A DNA stretch of 55,163 bases from an uncultured Halomonas sp. (GTDB lineage Bacteria > Pseudomonadota > Gammaproteobacteria > Xanthomonadales > Wenzhouxiangellaceae), in contig CAYYZR010000002.1 of assembly GCA_964476005.1 (NCBI GenBank), positions 1 to 55,163 on the forward strand, given 5' to 3'. The notes beneath the pieces are model-generated. The model searched no databases and was not told the DNA's origin. It saw only the letters and a list, made by a program, of their open reading frames with translations. Both the position numbers and the translations under genes were made by a program. Shown here piece by piece: positions 20,524 to 29,948 of the stretch (position 1 is the first letter of the stretch; each line of letters begins with the position of its first letter).

Positions 20524-22710
20524 TCAGGAAACCGGGTCATCCTGCTCGGCACGGCGCCTGAGCAGTTCCTGGGCAACCAGCGTGCTCTGGCCTGCCGCCG
20601 GTCGAGCGTGCGCGTAGCTCCCGTCCGGTTCGAGAATCCAGGCTTGACGATTGTCGCTGAAGGCAAGCTCGATCGCTTCGTCGGCCATCCGCTGGGCAAG
20701 TCTTTCGGCGTGAATCGGAAACGCCGCCTCGACGCGCTGAAACAGGTTGCGCTCCATCCAGTCGGCACTCGACCCCCAGACTTCGGGCTCGCCGTCGTTG
20801 ACAAAACGATATACCCGCGAATGTTCAAGGAATCTGCCAAGAATCGAGCGCACCTGGATATTCTCCGACAAACCGGGAACGCCGGGCCTGAGGCAGCAGG
20901 TACCGCGAACGACCAGACGAATTGGCACGCCGGCGCGCGAGGCCCGATACAACCCCTGGATGATGCCGGGCTCGGTCAGCGAGTTGAGCTTGGCGTCTAT
21001 GCCGGCTGCTCGTCCGGCTTCGGCATGTTCGATTTCGCGCTGGATGCGGCCGATCAGGAAGTCGTGCAGGTCGAAGGGAGACTGCACCAGCTCCTGCATT
21101 CTGGCGGCCCGGCCGAGCCCGGACAGCTGGATGAAAAGTGCGTGGACATCCTCACCGAACTGCTGGTTGGCGGTGAGCAACGCAAAATCGGTATACGCCT
21201 TGGCGGTGCCCTGGTGATAGTTGCCGGTGCCGAGATGAACGTAACGGCGCAGCTGGCGACGCTCGCGACGGACGATCAGCATCATCTTTGCATGGGTCTT
21301 GTGGCCAACGACGCCGTAAACGACCTGCACGCCGGCTTCCTGGAGCCGCGTGGCCAGCGTTATGTTGGCTTCCTCGTCGAATCGCGCCCGCAACTCGACC
21401 ACCACAGTCACGTCCTTGCCGGCTCTGGCGGCCTCCACAAGCAGGCCGACCATGGCTGAGTCCGCGCCAGTGCGATAAAGCGTCTGCTTGATCGCCAGTA
21501 CGTCGGGATCGGCAACCGCCTGGCGCAGCAGATCGACCGTCGGCGCAAAGCTGTCGTATGGGTGGTGCAGCAGGAAATCGCGCCGTCGCAGCGCCGCGAA
21601 CAGGTTGTTGCCCGATGCCAGTGCCGCAGGAACGCGCGGGCTGAAGGCGGGATAAAGAAGGTCCGGACGGTCGGCCTGATCGCACAGGGCGCTCATGCGG
21701 TTGAGGTTGACCGGGCCATCACAGCGGTAGACGTCGCTGTCGTCCAGCCCGAATTTCGCGGTCAGCAGTTTGGCCACTTCGGCCGAACAGTTGCTGGCCA
21801 GTTCCAGGCGAACAGCCTCTGCAAAGCCCCGCTCGAGCAGCTCGCCTTCGAGCGCCCGGGCCAGATCCTCGATTTCCTCCTCGTCAACGAACAGTTCGGA
21901 ATTGCGGGTGACGCGAAACTGGTAACAGCCACGAACATGCATGCCCGGAAACAACTCGTGTATGAACGCATGCAGGATGGACGACAGGAACACAAAATCG
22001 TTGGGGCCGCTTGAATAGCTCTTGGGAATTCGGATCAGGCGCGGCAGCGAGCGCGGCGCGCGCACCAGCGCCAGGCCCGGATCGCGCCCGAATGCGTCGG
22101 AGCCGTCGAGCTCGACGGCGAAATTCAGCGACTTGTTGAGAATGCGCGGGAATGGATGCGCCGGATCGAGCCCGAGCGGGCTGAGCACCGGCATCAGTTC
22201 ACGCTGAAAATGCCGGTGCAGCCAGCGTTGCTGACGGCGGTTCCAGTGCGAGCGTTTCAGGATGCGGATCTGTTCGGCTTCCAGGGCGGGGCTCAGTTCA
22301 TCGTTGAGCACCCTGTACTGGGTCTGAACCAACTCGCTGACCGCGCCGCGGATCGCCTCCAGGGTCGCGGTGGGTGTCAGGCCGTCGGTACCTGGCTGAG
22401 TAGCCCCGTGTTGCAGCCGCTGGCGAATGGAAGCCACCCGGACCTCGAAGAATTCGTCGAGATTCGTGCACGAGATGCACAGGAAGCGCACGCGTTCGAG
22501 CAGCGGAATCTCAGGGTCGCGCGCCAGTTCCAGCACGCGCCGGGTGAAACACAGCAGGCTGAGCTCCCGATTGAAAAAAAGTCTCGGATCGTCGAGCTCG
22601 GAATTCCGCCATTCGGGCAGCGCGTGGGCCGACTGTGTCACGCGGCTTGCCGGTCCCGCTCCGTCACTGGCAGGGGATTCCATTCTCGACGCTCCGGCCG
22701 TCACCGCCAT
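20524..22710 (-). CDS. ppk1: Polyphosphate kinase 1
   Basis: FNRELSLL, NLDEFFEVRV, LHHPYDSF, ARFDEEAN, KTHAK, GRFLEHSR. Confidence 0.97.
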   Translation of the reverse strand: MAVTAGASRMESPASDGAGPASRVTQSAHALPEWRNSELDDPRLFFNRELSLLCFTRRVLELARDPEIPLLERVRFLCISCTNLDEFFEVRVASIRQRLQHGATQPGTDGLTPTATLEAIRGAVSELVQTQYRVLNDELSPALEAEQIRILKRSHWNRRQQRWLHRHFQRELMPVLSPLGLDPAHPFPRILNKSLNFAVELDGSDAFGRDPGLALVRAPRSLPRLIRIPKSYSSGPNDFVFLSSILHAFIHELFPGMHVRGCYQFRVTRNSELFVDEEEIEDLARALEGELLERGFAEAVRLELASNCSAEVAKLLTAKFGLDDSDVYRCDGPVNLNRMSALCDQADRPDLLYPAFSPRVPAALASGNNLFAALRRRDFLLHHPYDSFAPTVDLLRQAVADPDVLAIKQTLYRTGADSAMVGLLVEAARAGKDVTVVVELRARFDEEANITLATRLQEAGVQVVYGVVGHKTHAKMMLIVRRERRQLRRYVHLGTGNYHQGTAKAYTDFALLTANQQFGEDVHALFIQLSGLGRAARMQELVQSPFDLHDFLIGRIQREIEHAEAGRAAGIDAKLNSLTEPGIIQGLYRASRAGVPIRLVVRGTCCLRPGVPGLSENIQVRSILGRFLEHSRVYRFVNDGEPEVWGSSADWMERNLFQRVEAAFPIHAERLAQRMADEAIELAFSDNRQAWILEPDGSYAHARPAAGQSTLVAQELLRRRAEQDDPVS

Positions 22711-23420
22711 CAGATCACATCCGAGAACCTGTAGCCGTGCCCGCGTACGGTCTGGACGAACTCGGCATGGCCGGTGCGCTCAAGCGCCTTTCGCAGTCGA
22801 CGGATATGCACATCCACTGTGCGTTCTTCGACTGCCTGCCCTGCGCCCCAGATCTCGGCCAGCAGCTGGGCCCGGCTCCAGGCGCGCCCAGGTGCGCTCA
22901 TGAACAGCTTGAGAATGCGAAACTCGGTCGGTCCCATGCTGAGCGGTCGGTCGCCGGCCAGCGCACGGTGCGAATCGGCGTCGAGCACGAGGTCGCCGAC
23001 CTGCAGCATCCTTGCGTCCTTGGAAGCGCCGGCGGACGCTGCATGCGTTCTGCGCAGGACGGCCCGAACCCGTGATATCAGCTCGCGGGTGGAAAACGGC
23101 TTGATGACGTAATCATCGGCCCCGCAATCAAGGCCGCTGGTTCGGTCGCTCTCGTTTCCGCGCGCGGTCAGCATTATGATCGGGATGTGCATCAGGGCTG
23201 GCATTTCTCGCAACGTGCGGGTCAGTTGAAGGCCGTCCAGTCCGGGCATCATCCAGTCCATGACAATCAGATCCGGCGGAGATTCAGTCGTGCTTAATCG
23301 ATCCAGCGCCTCGTCTCCGCCGCAGGCCAGTTCCACGTTCATCTCGGCGCGGTCAAGGCTGAACGCCAGCATGTTGCGAATCGGCGCCTCATCGTCTACG
23401 ACCAGGATGGTGGGCTTCAT
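22710..23420 (-). CDS. phoB: PhoB-like OmpR-family response regulator
   Basis: VVDDE, DWMMPG, GADDYVIKPFS, GPTEFR, ERTVDVHIRRLRKAL, TVRG.GYRFS; upstream Pho box. Confidence 0.88.
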   Translation of the reverse strand: MKPTILVVDDEAPIRNMLAFSLDRAEMNVELACGGDEALDRLSTTESPPDLIVMDWMMPGLDGLQLTRTLREMPALMHIPIIMLTARGNESDRTSGLDCGADDYVIKPFSTRELISRVRAVLRRTHAASAGASKDARMLQVGDLVLDADSHRALAGDRPLSMGPTEFRILKLFMSAPGRAWSRAQLLAEIWGAGQAVEERTVDVHIRRLRKALERTGHAEFVQTVRGHGYRFSDVI

Positions 23421-23453
23421 GGTTGACCGACAAAGGTGTAGTCTCCTTCAAGG

Positions 23454-23508
23454 ATTATCCGGCTGGTTGTTACTGGGACGTTACAGTCATCTTTCGGTCT
23501 TGTGAAAG
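23454..23508 (-). promoter_or_regulatory. Pho box promoter of phoB-ppk1-ppx
   Basis: Minus strand CTGTAAC-gtcc-CAGTAAC (23486-23469), 9 nt, then GATAAT; an extra half-site CTTTCAC 22 nt upstream. Confidence 0.75.
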
Positions 23509-23532
23509 TTTCGGAACGGCGGCGATGCCGTG

Positions 23533-25071
23533 CTAATTACGCGAGGCCTGTCCGGGCTCGGGCATGGTCCGCATGCGCTCCACCCGCATCCTGTCGAGCT
23601 TGGCCGAAATGCGCGCCCGGTCGTAATAGTCGAGATCCTCGCGCTCCAGCACGCGCTGCAATTGCTCTATGGCTTGGGACAGGCCGCCGCGCTGGTAATA
23701 ATTGGCCGCGACAGCCTCGGCTGCGCGCACCGGATCGCCGGCCCGGTCTGCGGCATGGGCCAGGAGTTCGGTAATACGCGTATCGTCGGGGTTTCGCCGC
23801 AGCTGGTTCTGAAGAATACCGGCCGCCTCGACTGCATCATCCGGATTTTCGCTTCGTAACAGCGCGTTGGCATAGGTCAGGGCAATCAGTGTGCTTTGCC
23901 CATAGGCCATATGCAGCGTCTCGAATTCGGCCAGCGCCTCGGCGGTCTTGTCCTGTGCCAGCAACAGTTCGCCGTTGAGGATGCGAAACAGTTGGTCGTC
24001 CGGGTCACGACCCAGCAGCCAGTCGACGTGCTCGGCTGCACGCTGGGTTCGGCGAGCGTCGATGAATGCCAGCGCCAAGCCGTAACGATTGGCCGCCTCG
24101 CTGCCGGTATTGTCCCGCAGGTGCTGTTCGAAATAGTCGATCGCCTGGTCGGCGTGTTCGGCCATCAGCACGCGCAGGCGCGCCTGGATGAAATCGAACT
24201 GCTCGTCCCGGTTGCGTCTTTGAGGCTGGTATTGCTCGGCTCTGTCCCGAGCCTCGGCAACGCGGCTGACGGTCAGCGGATGCGTGCGCAGGTATTCCGG
24301 CGGTCCGGCACCCTGGGAACGCACCCAGCGATTCAGGGTGCTGAAGAAGTCGGCCATGCCGGCGGGATCGTAGCCGGCGCGCGCCAGTAGCTGGATGCCG
24401 ATGCGATCGGCTTCGGCTTCATTCTGGCGCGTATAGTTTATCTGGGCCTGCTGGGACAGACCGGTGCCGGCGGCAAGCAGACCCTGGGCGGTGTTTGCAT
24501 CCAGATTTCCGGAGATGCCGCCGACCATCACCAGCCCCAGGGTGGCCAGCATCACCGGCAGAGAAACACGCTGCTGTTCTTCCAGGCCGCGGGAAAGATG
24601 GTTCTGAGTGACATGCGAAATCTCGTGGGCCACCACGCCTGCCACTTCGTCGGCCGATTCGGCTGCCAGTATCAATCCCGCATTCAGGGCAACAACGCCG
24701 GCTGGTGCGGCGAACGCGTTGATGCCCGGTACTTTGAGGACGTGGAAATGAAAATTCTGGGTTCGTCCGCTACTGTGCATCACCAGCCGGTAGCCCATCT
24801 CGGTGAAGTAGGACTCGATGAGAGGATCCTCGACCAGCATGCCCTGGGCGCTCATGTAATTGCGGAAGTCGTTGGGGAATGTGCGTGCCTCTTCCGGCGG
24901 CAACACTTCGCCCGAACTGCCGAGATCCGGCAACTGAACGCCTTCCTGGGCCAATGACGCCAAAGGCTGCAACGCCACCGCACACGCCGCCAGCCACGCC
25001 ATCGCTCGCCGCCAGCTGACGCGCTTGCGTATCCGGCTGCCCGGGATCGAGTCGGTTCTAAGGTTTGTCAT
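23533..25071 (-). CDS. bepA: M48 metalloprotease/TPR chaperone BepA (YfgC)
   Basis: LPDLG, INAFA, AHEISH, EAEADRIG, YLRTHP, TPR-like C-terminus. Confidence 0.9.
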   Translation of the reverse strand: MTNLRTDSIPGSRIRKRVSWRRAMAWLAACAVALQPLASLAQEGVQLPDLGSSGEVLPPEEARTFPNDFRNYMSAQGMLVEDPLIESYFTEMGYRLVMHSSGRTQNFHFHVLKVPGINAFAAPAGVVALNAGLILAAESADEVAGVVAHEISHVTQNHLSRGLEEQQRVSLPVMLATLGLVMVGGISGNLDANTAQGLLAAGTGLSQQAQINYTRQNEAEADRIGIQLLARAGYDPAGMADFFSTLNRWVRSQGAGPPEYLRTHPLTVSRVAEARDRAEQYQPQRRNRDEQFDFIQARLRVLMAEHADQAIDYFEQHLRDNTGSEAANRYGLALAFIDARRTQRAAEHVDWLLGRDPDDQLFRILNGELLLAQDKTAEALAEFETLHMAYGQSTLIALTYANALLRSENPDDAVEAAGILQNQLRRNPDDTRITELLAHAADRAGDPVRAAEAVAANYYQRGGLSQAIEQLQRVLEREDLDYYDRARISAKLDRMRVERMRTMPEPGQASRN

Positions 25072-25248
25072 GGCGTTGAATGCCCCTGAAGCCTGTATGC
25101 AACAATATTAAGTCTGCGGACCGGAAATTCCACTCCACGCGTGACTGATCAGACCGGATTGAGCGAAAGTTGTTTCAATTCCGATTGAATTATGATCACG
25201 GATGGCCTGGCGCAACAGCCGGCCGCTCCCGAAACCGAAGATGTCTCC

Positions 25249-25914
25249 ATGGCCGACTATATCGCACTGATTCGCTGCAAGGCGTCACGCGACGCCGCCG
25301 CCAGGCTCGTTGAGGAATTGCGGGACACCGCCAGGGGTCATGACTCGTCTATGGTTTTTATCCATGGCGACGCCGTGGCGTCGATTCCCGCATTTGCGAA
25401 CGCGGCGCCGGATCCGGGCGCCGACTGGGTGGTTTGCCGGACGTCTCTGGCTCGGCGCACTGCGACCGATATGCTCCCGCAGCCATTCCGGATTGCAACT
25501 CTGACGGCATTCTACGAGTCGGTGCTGTCAGCCAACCGTATCGACAGTCTCGGTCTGGGCGGGCAATTGTGCTCCAAGCCGGGGTCTGCGGCGAAACGAA
25601 GCGAGTCCGGACCCCTGCTGCTGGAGATTGGATTTGCACCGCTTGCTCGACACCAGCACCGCGAGACGCTGGAGATGGCGCTCGGCGCCGCGGCGCTCGA
25701 ACTGGATGCAACCGTTCTTTTCACTGGCGAAGGTCTTGCGCATCTCGAGGGCGTCGCGGCGCGAGGCTGGTCGCAAATAACCGACTTCGATCTGCTGGAC
25801 TTGCACTGCGAAACGCCGGCGCGCCGGTTTGCTCCGGAAATCGCTGTGCCGACCCTGGACCCGGTCGACGTCGCTCGGCTTCGGGCCCGCGCCGCGACCA
25901 TTTTGATTCTGTAG
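25249..25914 (+). CDS. Fused DsrE/TusD-like + DsrF/TusC-like sulfur-relay protein
   Basis: VFIHGDAV and CRTSLARR (TusD Cys-like) in the N-half; AP...RETLEMAL...VLFTGEG (TusC-like) in the C-half; next to a TusE/DsrC gene. Confidence 0.65.
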   Translation: MADYIALIRCKASRDAAARLVEELRDTARGHDSSMVFIHGDAVASIPAFANAAPDPGADWVVCRTSLARRTATDMLPQPFRIATLTAFYESVLSANRIDSLGLGGQLCSKPGSAAKRSESGPLLLEIGFAPLARHQHRETLEMALGAAALELDATVLFTGEGLAHLEGVAARGWSQITDFDLLDLHCETPARRFAPEIAVPTLDPVDVARLRARAATILIL

Positions 25915-25923
25915 AGTGAGATA

Positions 25924-26268
25924 ATGAACAGGCAACAGACTCTGGCCAGCGCGGGACAGATTATCGCCCTCGGGCCCGACGGTCATCTGATCAATCCCGA
26001 GGACTGGTCCGAGGCCGTTGCCGAAGAAATGGCGCGTCGCGACAACATCGAGCTATGCCGCCTGCGCTGGTGGCTGGTGTATTTCGTTCGGGACCATTAC
26101 CGCAAGTACGGAATGCCGCCGTTGATGCGCGTGACGCTGCAGGCGATGCGACGCGACGCGGGTGTCGAGGACGCCTCCAGCAAGACCCTGTACCGTCTTT
26201 TTCCGGAGGGTCCCATTCGCGAGGCGTGCAGGTACGGGGGTTTGCCCCGCCCGGAATCCTGCATCTGA
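25924..26268 (+). CDS. TusE/DsrC family sulfur carrier with C-terminal Cx10C
   Basis: DGHL..PEDWSE.VA..MA, LYRLFPEGP, CRYGGLPRPESCI. Confidence 0.9.
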   Translation: MNRQQTLASAGQIIALGPDGHLINPEDWSEAVAEEMARRDNIELCRLRWWLVYFVRDHYRKYGMPPLMRVTLQAMRRDAGVEDASSKTLYRLFPEGPIREACRYGGLPRPESCI

Positions 26269-26368
26269 CCGGCTGACCTCCCAACTGGCTGGCCGGTCAA
26301 TATATGCTGCTTCCGCCCCGTCTGTAACGTGGCGGCGCGCCCAATCCAAACTGGAAGTGACAGATCCA

Positions 26369-26629
26369 ATGACTGAAAAATCGATCGTGATGTATTCCCG
26401 CGCGGCCTGCCCGTTTTGTGTGGCGGCCCGCAACCTGTTCCGCAGCAAGAATGTGAACTGGACCGAAGTCTCGCTGGATGCCGAGCCCGACAAGCGCGCC
26501 GAGATGATTTCGCGCACCGGCCGCAGGACTGTGCCCCAGGTCTTCATCGGCGACTTCCACGTCGGCGGCTTCGACGACCTTAACGCGCTGGAACAGGCCG
26601 GCGATCTCGATCGCATCCTGACCAGCTGA
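26369..26629 (+). CDS. grxC: Glutaredoxin 3
   Basis: CPFC, RTVPQVFI, GGFDDL. Confidence 0.93.
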   Translation: MTEKSIVMYSRAACPFCVAARNLFRSKNVNWTEVSLDAEPDKRAEMISRTGRRTVPQVFIGDFHVGGFDDLNALEQAGDLDRILTS

Positions 26630-26632
26630 GAC

Positions 26633-27661
26633 ATGGAAGAGATCATGACGGAAAAAACCGAACTTACGGTGATTCGCGGCGACGGGATCGGACCGGAAAT
26701 CGTCGATGCATCGCTGCGCGTGCTGGAGAGGCTGGGCGCGCCGTTCGAGTGCGATTTTCAGCTCGCCGGCCTGGCGGCCCAGGAAGCCGAAGGTACGCTG
26801 CTGCCCGAGCAGACGCTCGCATCCATAGAGCGCACACGGCTGGTCCTGAAGGGACCGCTGACGACGCCGGTCGGTGGCGGCTTTCGCTCGCTCAATGTGG
26901 AGCTGCGCAAGCGATTCGATCTCTACGCCAATGTGCGTCCGGCCATCAGTTTTCCCGGCACCCGGGCGCGCTACGAAAACGTGGATCTGATTACCGTACG
27001 CGAGAATACCGAAGGCGCTTACCTCGCCGCGGATGCTTTTACCAGCGCGGACGGTTCCCGGGCGGAATCCAAGATGGTGGCGACGCGCAGCGGGTGCGAA
27101 CGGGTTATCCGCTATGCCTTCGAGCTGGCGCGCAAGGCCGGGCGCAAGAAAGTGACCGCCGTGCACAAGGCCAACATCCTCAAGGACGTGACGGGCATGT
27201 TCCTGAATGTCGCGCGGTCGCTGGCCGAGGAATACCCGGACATCGAATTCGACGACATTATCGTCGACAATTGCTGCATGCAACTCGTGATGAACCCGGA
27301 GCGCTTCGACGTGATGGTCACGACCAATCTGTTCGGGGACATCATTTCCGATCTCTGCGCCGGCCTGGTCGGTGGACTCGGTCTCGCGCCAGGCGCCAAC
27401 ATAGGCGACGACACGGCAATGTTCGAGGCCGTCCATGGCTCGGCGCCGGACATTGCCGGGCAGGGTATTGCCAACCCCTGTGCGCTGCTGCTGGGCACAG
27501 CCCAGATGCTGGAACATCTCGAGCGGCAGGAAGATGCCCGTGCGCTGCGCCAGGCCATACGCGACGTGATCGTCGCCGGCGATCGGGTCACGCCAGATCT
27601 CGGCGGTACCGGCACGACCGTTTCGTTCACCGATGCGATCATCGACCGGCTTGCCGGCTGA
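26633..27661 (+). CDS. Isocitrate dehydrogenase (short NAD-type, isocitrate/isopropylmalate family)
   Basis: GDGIGPEI, LKGPLTTPVGGGFRSLNV.LR, RENTEG, HKANILK, NLFGDIISD, HGSAPDIAG. Confidence 0.88.
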   Translation: MEEIMTEKTELTVIRGDGIGPEIVDASLRVLERLGAPFECDFQLAGLAAQEAEGTLLPEQTLASIERTRLVLKGPLTTPVGGGFRSLNVELRKRFDLYANVRPAISFPGTRARYENVDLITVRENTEGAYLAADAFTSADGSRAESKMVATRSGCERVIRYAFELARKAGRKKVTAVHKANILKDVTGMFLNVARSLAEEYPDIEFDDIIVDNCCMQLVMNPERFDVMVTTNLFGDIISDLCAGLVGGLGLAPGANIGDDTAMFEAVHGSAPDIAGQGIANPCALLLGTAQMLEHLERQEDARALRQAIRDVIVAGDRVTPDLGGTGTTVSFTDAIIDRLAG

Positions 27662-27717
27662 CGGGAGGTGCCGGAAGTCGGCGTTTCTCGAGGCGCCGGG
27701 CCGAGCCGCGACGCTTT

Positions 27718-28554
27718 TCAGGTATTGTCCTCGACGGTGAACGGCAGCAACCCGAGCCCACCGCTCAGGGGCCTGAATGCGGAGCGGATCTGCTGCTGAA
27801 GCCACGCGCCCGACCTCGATACGGCGACATCGAGTGGCAAACCTCGGGCGCACAGCGCGGCGATCGCGGCAGAGTATGCACATCCGGTGCCGTGAAACTC
27901 GCCCGAAACCCTCGGCCACTCGAGCGCTTTTGCAGCGCCGGCGGTCACCAGCAGGTCACGGCACGTCTCGCCCTTCGCGTGACCGCCCTTGATCAGGACT
28001 GCGCTCGCGCCGGTTTCCAGAAGCAGTGCGCCCAGGGTTTCCGGGTCGGTGTCCCGAGACCGACCGGTCAGTGCCGCAGCCTCCGGCAGGTTCGGCGTGA
28101 CCAGCGTGGCCAGAGGCAGCAGGCAGTCCCATAAAGTGGCAATCGCCTGGTCATCCAGCAGCGGTGCGCCGCTGGTCGCTATCATCACAGGATCGACGAT
28201 CAGCGGCAGCCTGACTGCGCCCGACGGGGCGACCCGGCTAAGCTCCGAAACCACGCTGCGCGTGATCTGCGCGTTCGCAAGCATGCCTGTCTTGACCGCG
28301 GCGACCGGCAGGTCCTCGAAGCATGCCGCGATCTGGGCGGCGACGAAGTCTGCATCCATGGTCCGCACGTCGTTGACTGCGGCGGTGTTCTGGGCGGTTA
28401 CTGCGGTGACTGCGGAAGCGCCGAAAACACCGATGGCGGCAAAAGTCTTCAGATCGGCCTGGATGCCGGCGCCGCCACAGGAATCCGATCCGGCGATCGT
28501 CAGCGCAACCGGCATTGGGCGGGGTGTTTGTTGTTTTTCTGCAACAGCAGGCAT
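27718..28554 (-). CDS. thiD: Hydroxymethylpyrimidine/phosphomethylpyrimidine kinase
   Basis: IAGSDSCGGAGIQADLK, VDPVM, TPNLPEA, KGGH, HGTGC. Confidence 0.95.
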   Translation of the reverse strand: MPAVAEKQQTPRPMPVALTIAGSDSCGGAGIQADLKTFAAIGVFGASAVTAVTAQNTAAVNDVRTMDADFVAAQIAACFEDLPVAAVKTGMLANAQITRSVVSELSRVAPSGAVRLPLIVDPVMIATSGAPLLDDQAIATLWDCLLPLATLVTPNLPEAAALTGRSRDTDPETLGALLLETGASAVLIKGGHAKGETCRDLLVTAGAAKALEWPRVSGEFHGTGCAYSAAIAALCARGLPLDVAVSRSGAWLQQQIRSAFRPLSGGLGLLPFTVEDNT

Positions 28555-28680
28555 TCCAGTGCTCCTTTTCCTTGCGTTGTCCAGTGGTCGAGGGTCAATA
28601 ATTGGGCTGTTACTGTTGTATTTTTACCAAAAGTCGAAGTAAACTTGTTTCATTACTCTTTATCGCACAGACGGAAACAG

Positions 28681-29850
28681 ATGTTGCGTCGATCATTGCT
28701 CATCCTGACGGTGTTGCTCGCATTGGCTGCCGGGAGTCATTCGCATGCCGGGTACGCCTCTGCCAGAAGCATGCTCCCGTCTTCGATGGCGTGGTATCTG
28801 GCCGGCTTCGAGTTGGGCCCCTGGGAGGCTTACCTCGCGCAGCAACTGACGCCCGAGATGGCTTCGGTGCAACGCGTCGACGTACCTGAAATAAGCTGGT
28901 TGCGGCTGGACCGTGACGTGGTTCTTCCCGATTTTGCCCGACCGCTGATCGGGGCTTCGAACGAGCCCAGATTTTCCTTTTTGAGTTCCAGGATCACCCG
29001 CTCGATCCAGTACGGAACGTTGGCCGGCATTGAGGCGGGATCGACCTCGCCCGGTTTCGAGAGGTCCATACTGCTGTCAGGACTCTCCGGCAAGGTCAAC
29101 GATTCCAACAGCCTGAGCGTATCGGCCGTGCTGGCCTCCCAGCAGTTCAGCCATTCCATGCTCGACCTTTCCGAGTACACGGGGGCTTTTCGACCTGTCG
29201 ATTTCTTCGCCGGCAACCGCGAATTGTCTCAGGGGGCTGGTTTGCAACTGGGTTTCGCTTCCGAACTGATGCCGAGGCTGATGATGAACGCCTCGTACCA
29301 GTCACGTATCAACATGGACGAGTTGGCCAGCGTCCGGGGCGTGCACGGCTACTCGGCTGATCTCGACATTCCCTCCCGTGTGCGGATGGGGCTCGACATG
29401 CAAGCCGGTGAACATACCCTGTTCACCGTGGCGGTCTCGCAGGTTTTCTACAGCCAGGTCGGTGCATTTCCCAGTCGAGCGCTGCCGGCACGCTTTACGG
29501 CCCTGCTTGGCGACAGCAGCAGCCCGCGGTTCGAATGGAACGACCTGACCGTTTACAGCCTGGGCATGCGTTGGCAGCATGACAACGATCTGGAATTCAA
29601 GGTGGATTTCCATACCCGTTCGCAGCCGACGCCCACCTCTCAGTCGCTGGTTGCGGCGCTGGACGACGAACTGGCGCAGCACAGCCTTCTTCTGGGCCTC
29701 GGAAAGGGAATCGGGGAGCGTGCTCGCCTGGATCTGACGGCAAGCTACGCGCCTCCGGAATTTGCGTTTGGCGGAAACGTTCTCGGCGTCGTCAGCGAAA
29801 GGCTGGACCAGGCCGTCGAGGTCGCGGCGAGGCTTAATATCCGGTTCTGA
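28681..29850 (+). CDS. Outer membrane beta-barrel protein, FadL/OmpP1-like
   Basis: Signal peptide, amphipathic strands, LDIPSR..G and F.WND..VYSLG patterns, terminal Phe. Confidence 0.6.
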   Translation: MLRRSLLILTVLLALAAGSHSHAGYASARSMLPSSMAWYLAGFELGPWEAYLAQQLTPEMASVQRVDVPEISWLRLDRDVVLPDFARPLIGASNEPRFSFLSSRITRSIQYGTLAGIEAGSTSPGFERSILLSGLSGKVNDSNSLSVSAVLASQQFSHSMLDLSEYTGAFRPVDFFAGNRELSQGAGLQLGFASELMPRLMMNASYQSRINMDELASVRGVHGYSADLDIPSRVRMGLDMQAGEHTLFTVAVSQVFYSQVGAFPSRALPARFTALLGDSSSPRFEWNDLTVYSLGMRWQHDNDLEFKVDFHTRSQPTPTSQSLVAALDDELAQHSLLLGLGKGIGERARLDLTASYAPPEFAFGGNVLGVVSERLDQAVEVAARLNIRF

Positions 29851-29948
29851 AATCTTTCCCCGGAGTGCGGCTGGTCCCGTGGCGGTGAGCCGGTCGGGCC
29901 GGACTTGCGTTACGCTTGCCGCTGATCAGAGCGCGATATTGAGCAACC

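Noticed and set aside
28555-28680. Possible TPP riboswitch upstream of thiD
   Set aside because: No CTGAGA or other TPP-box core motifs seen on the minus strand.
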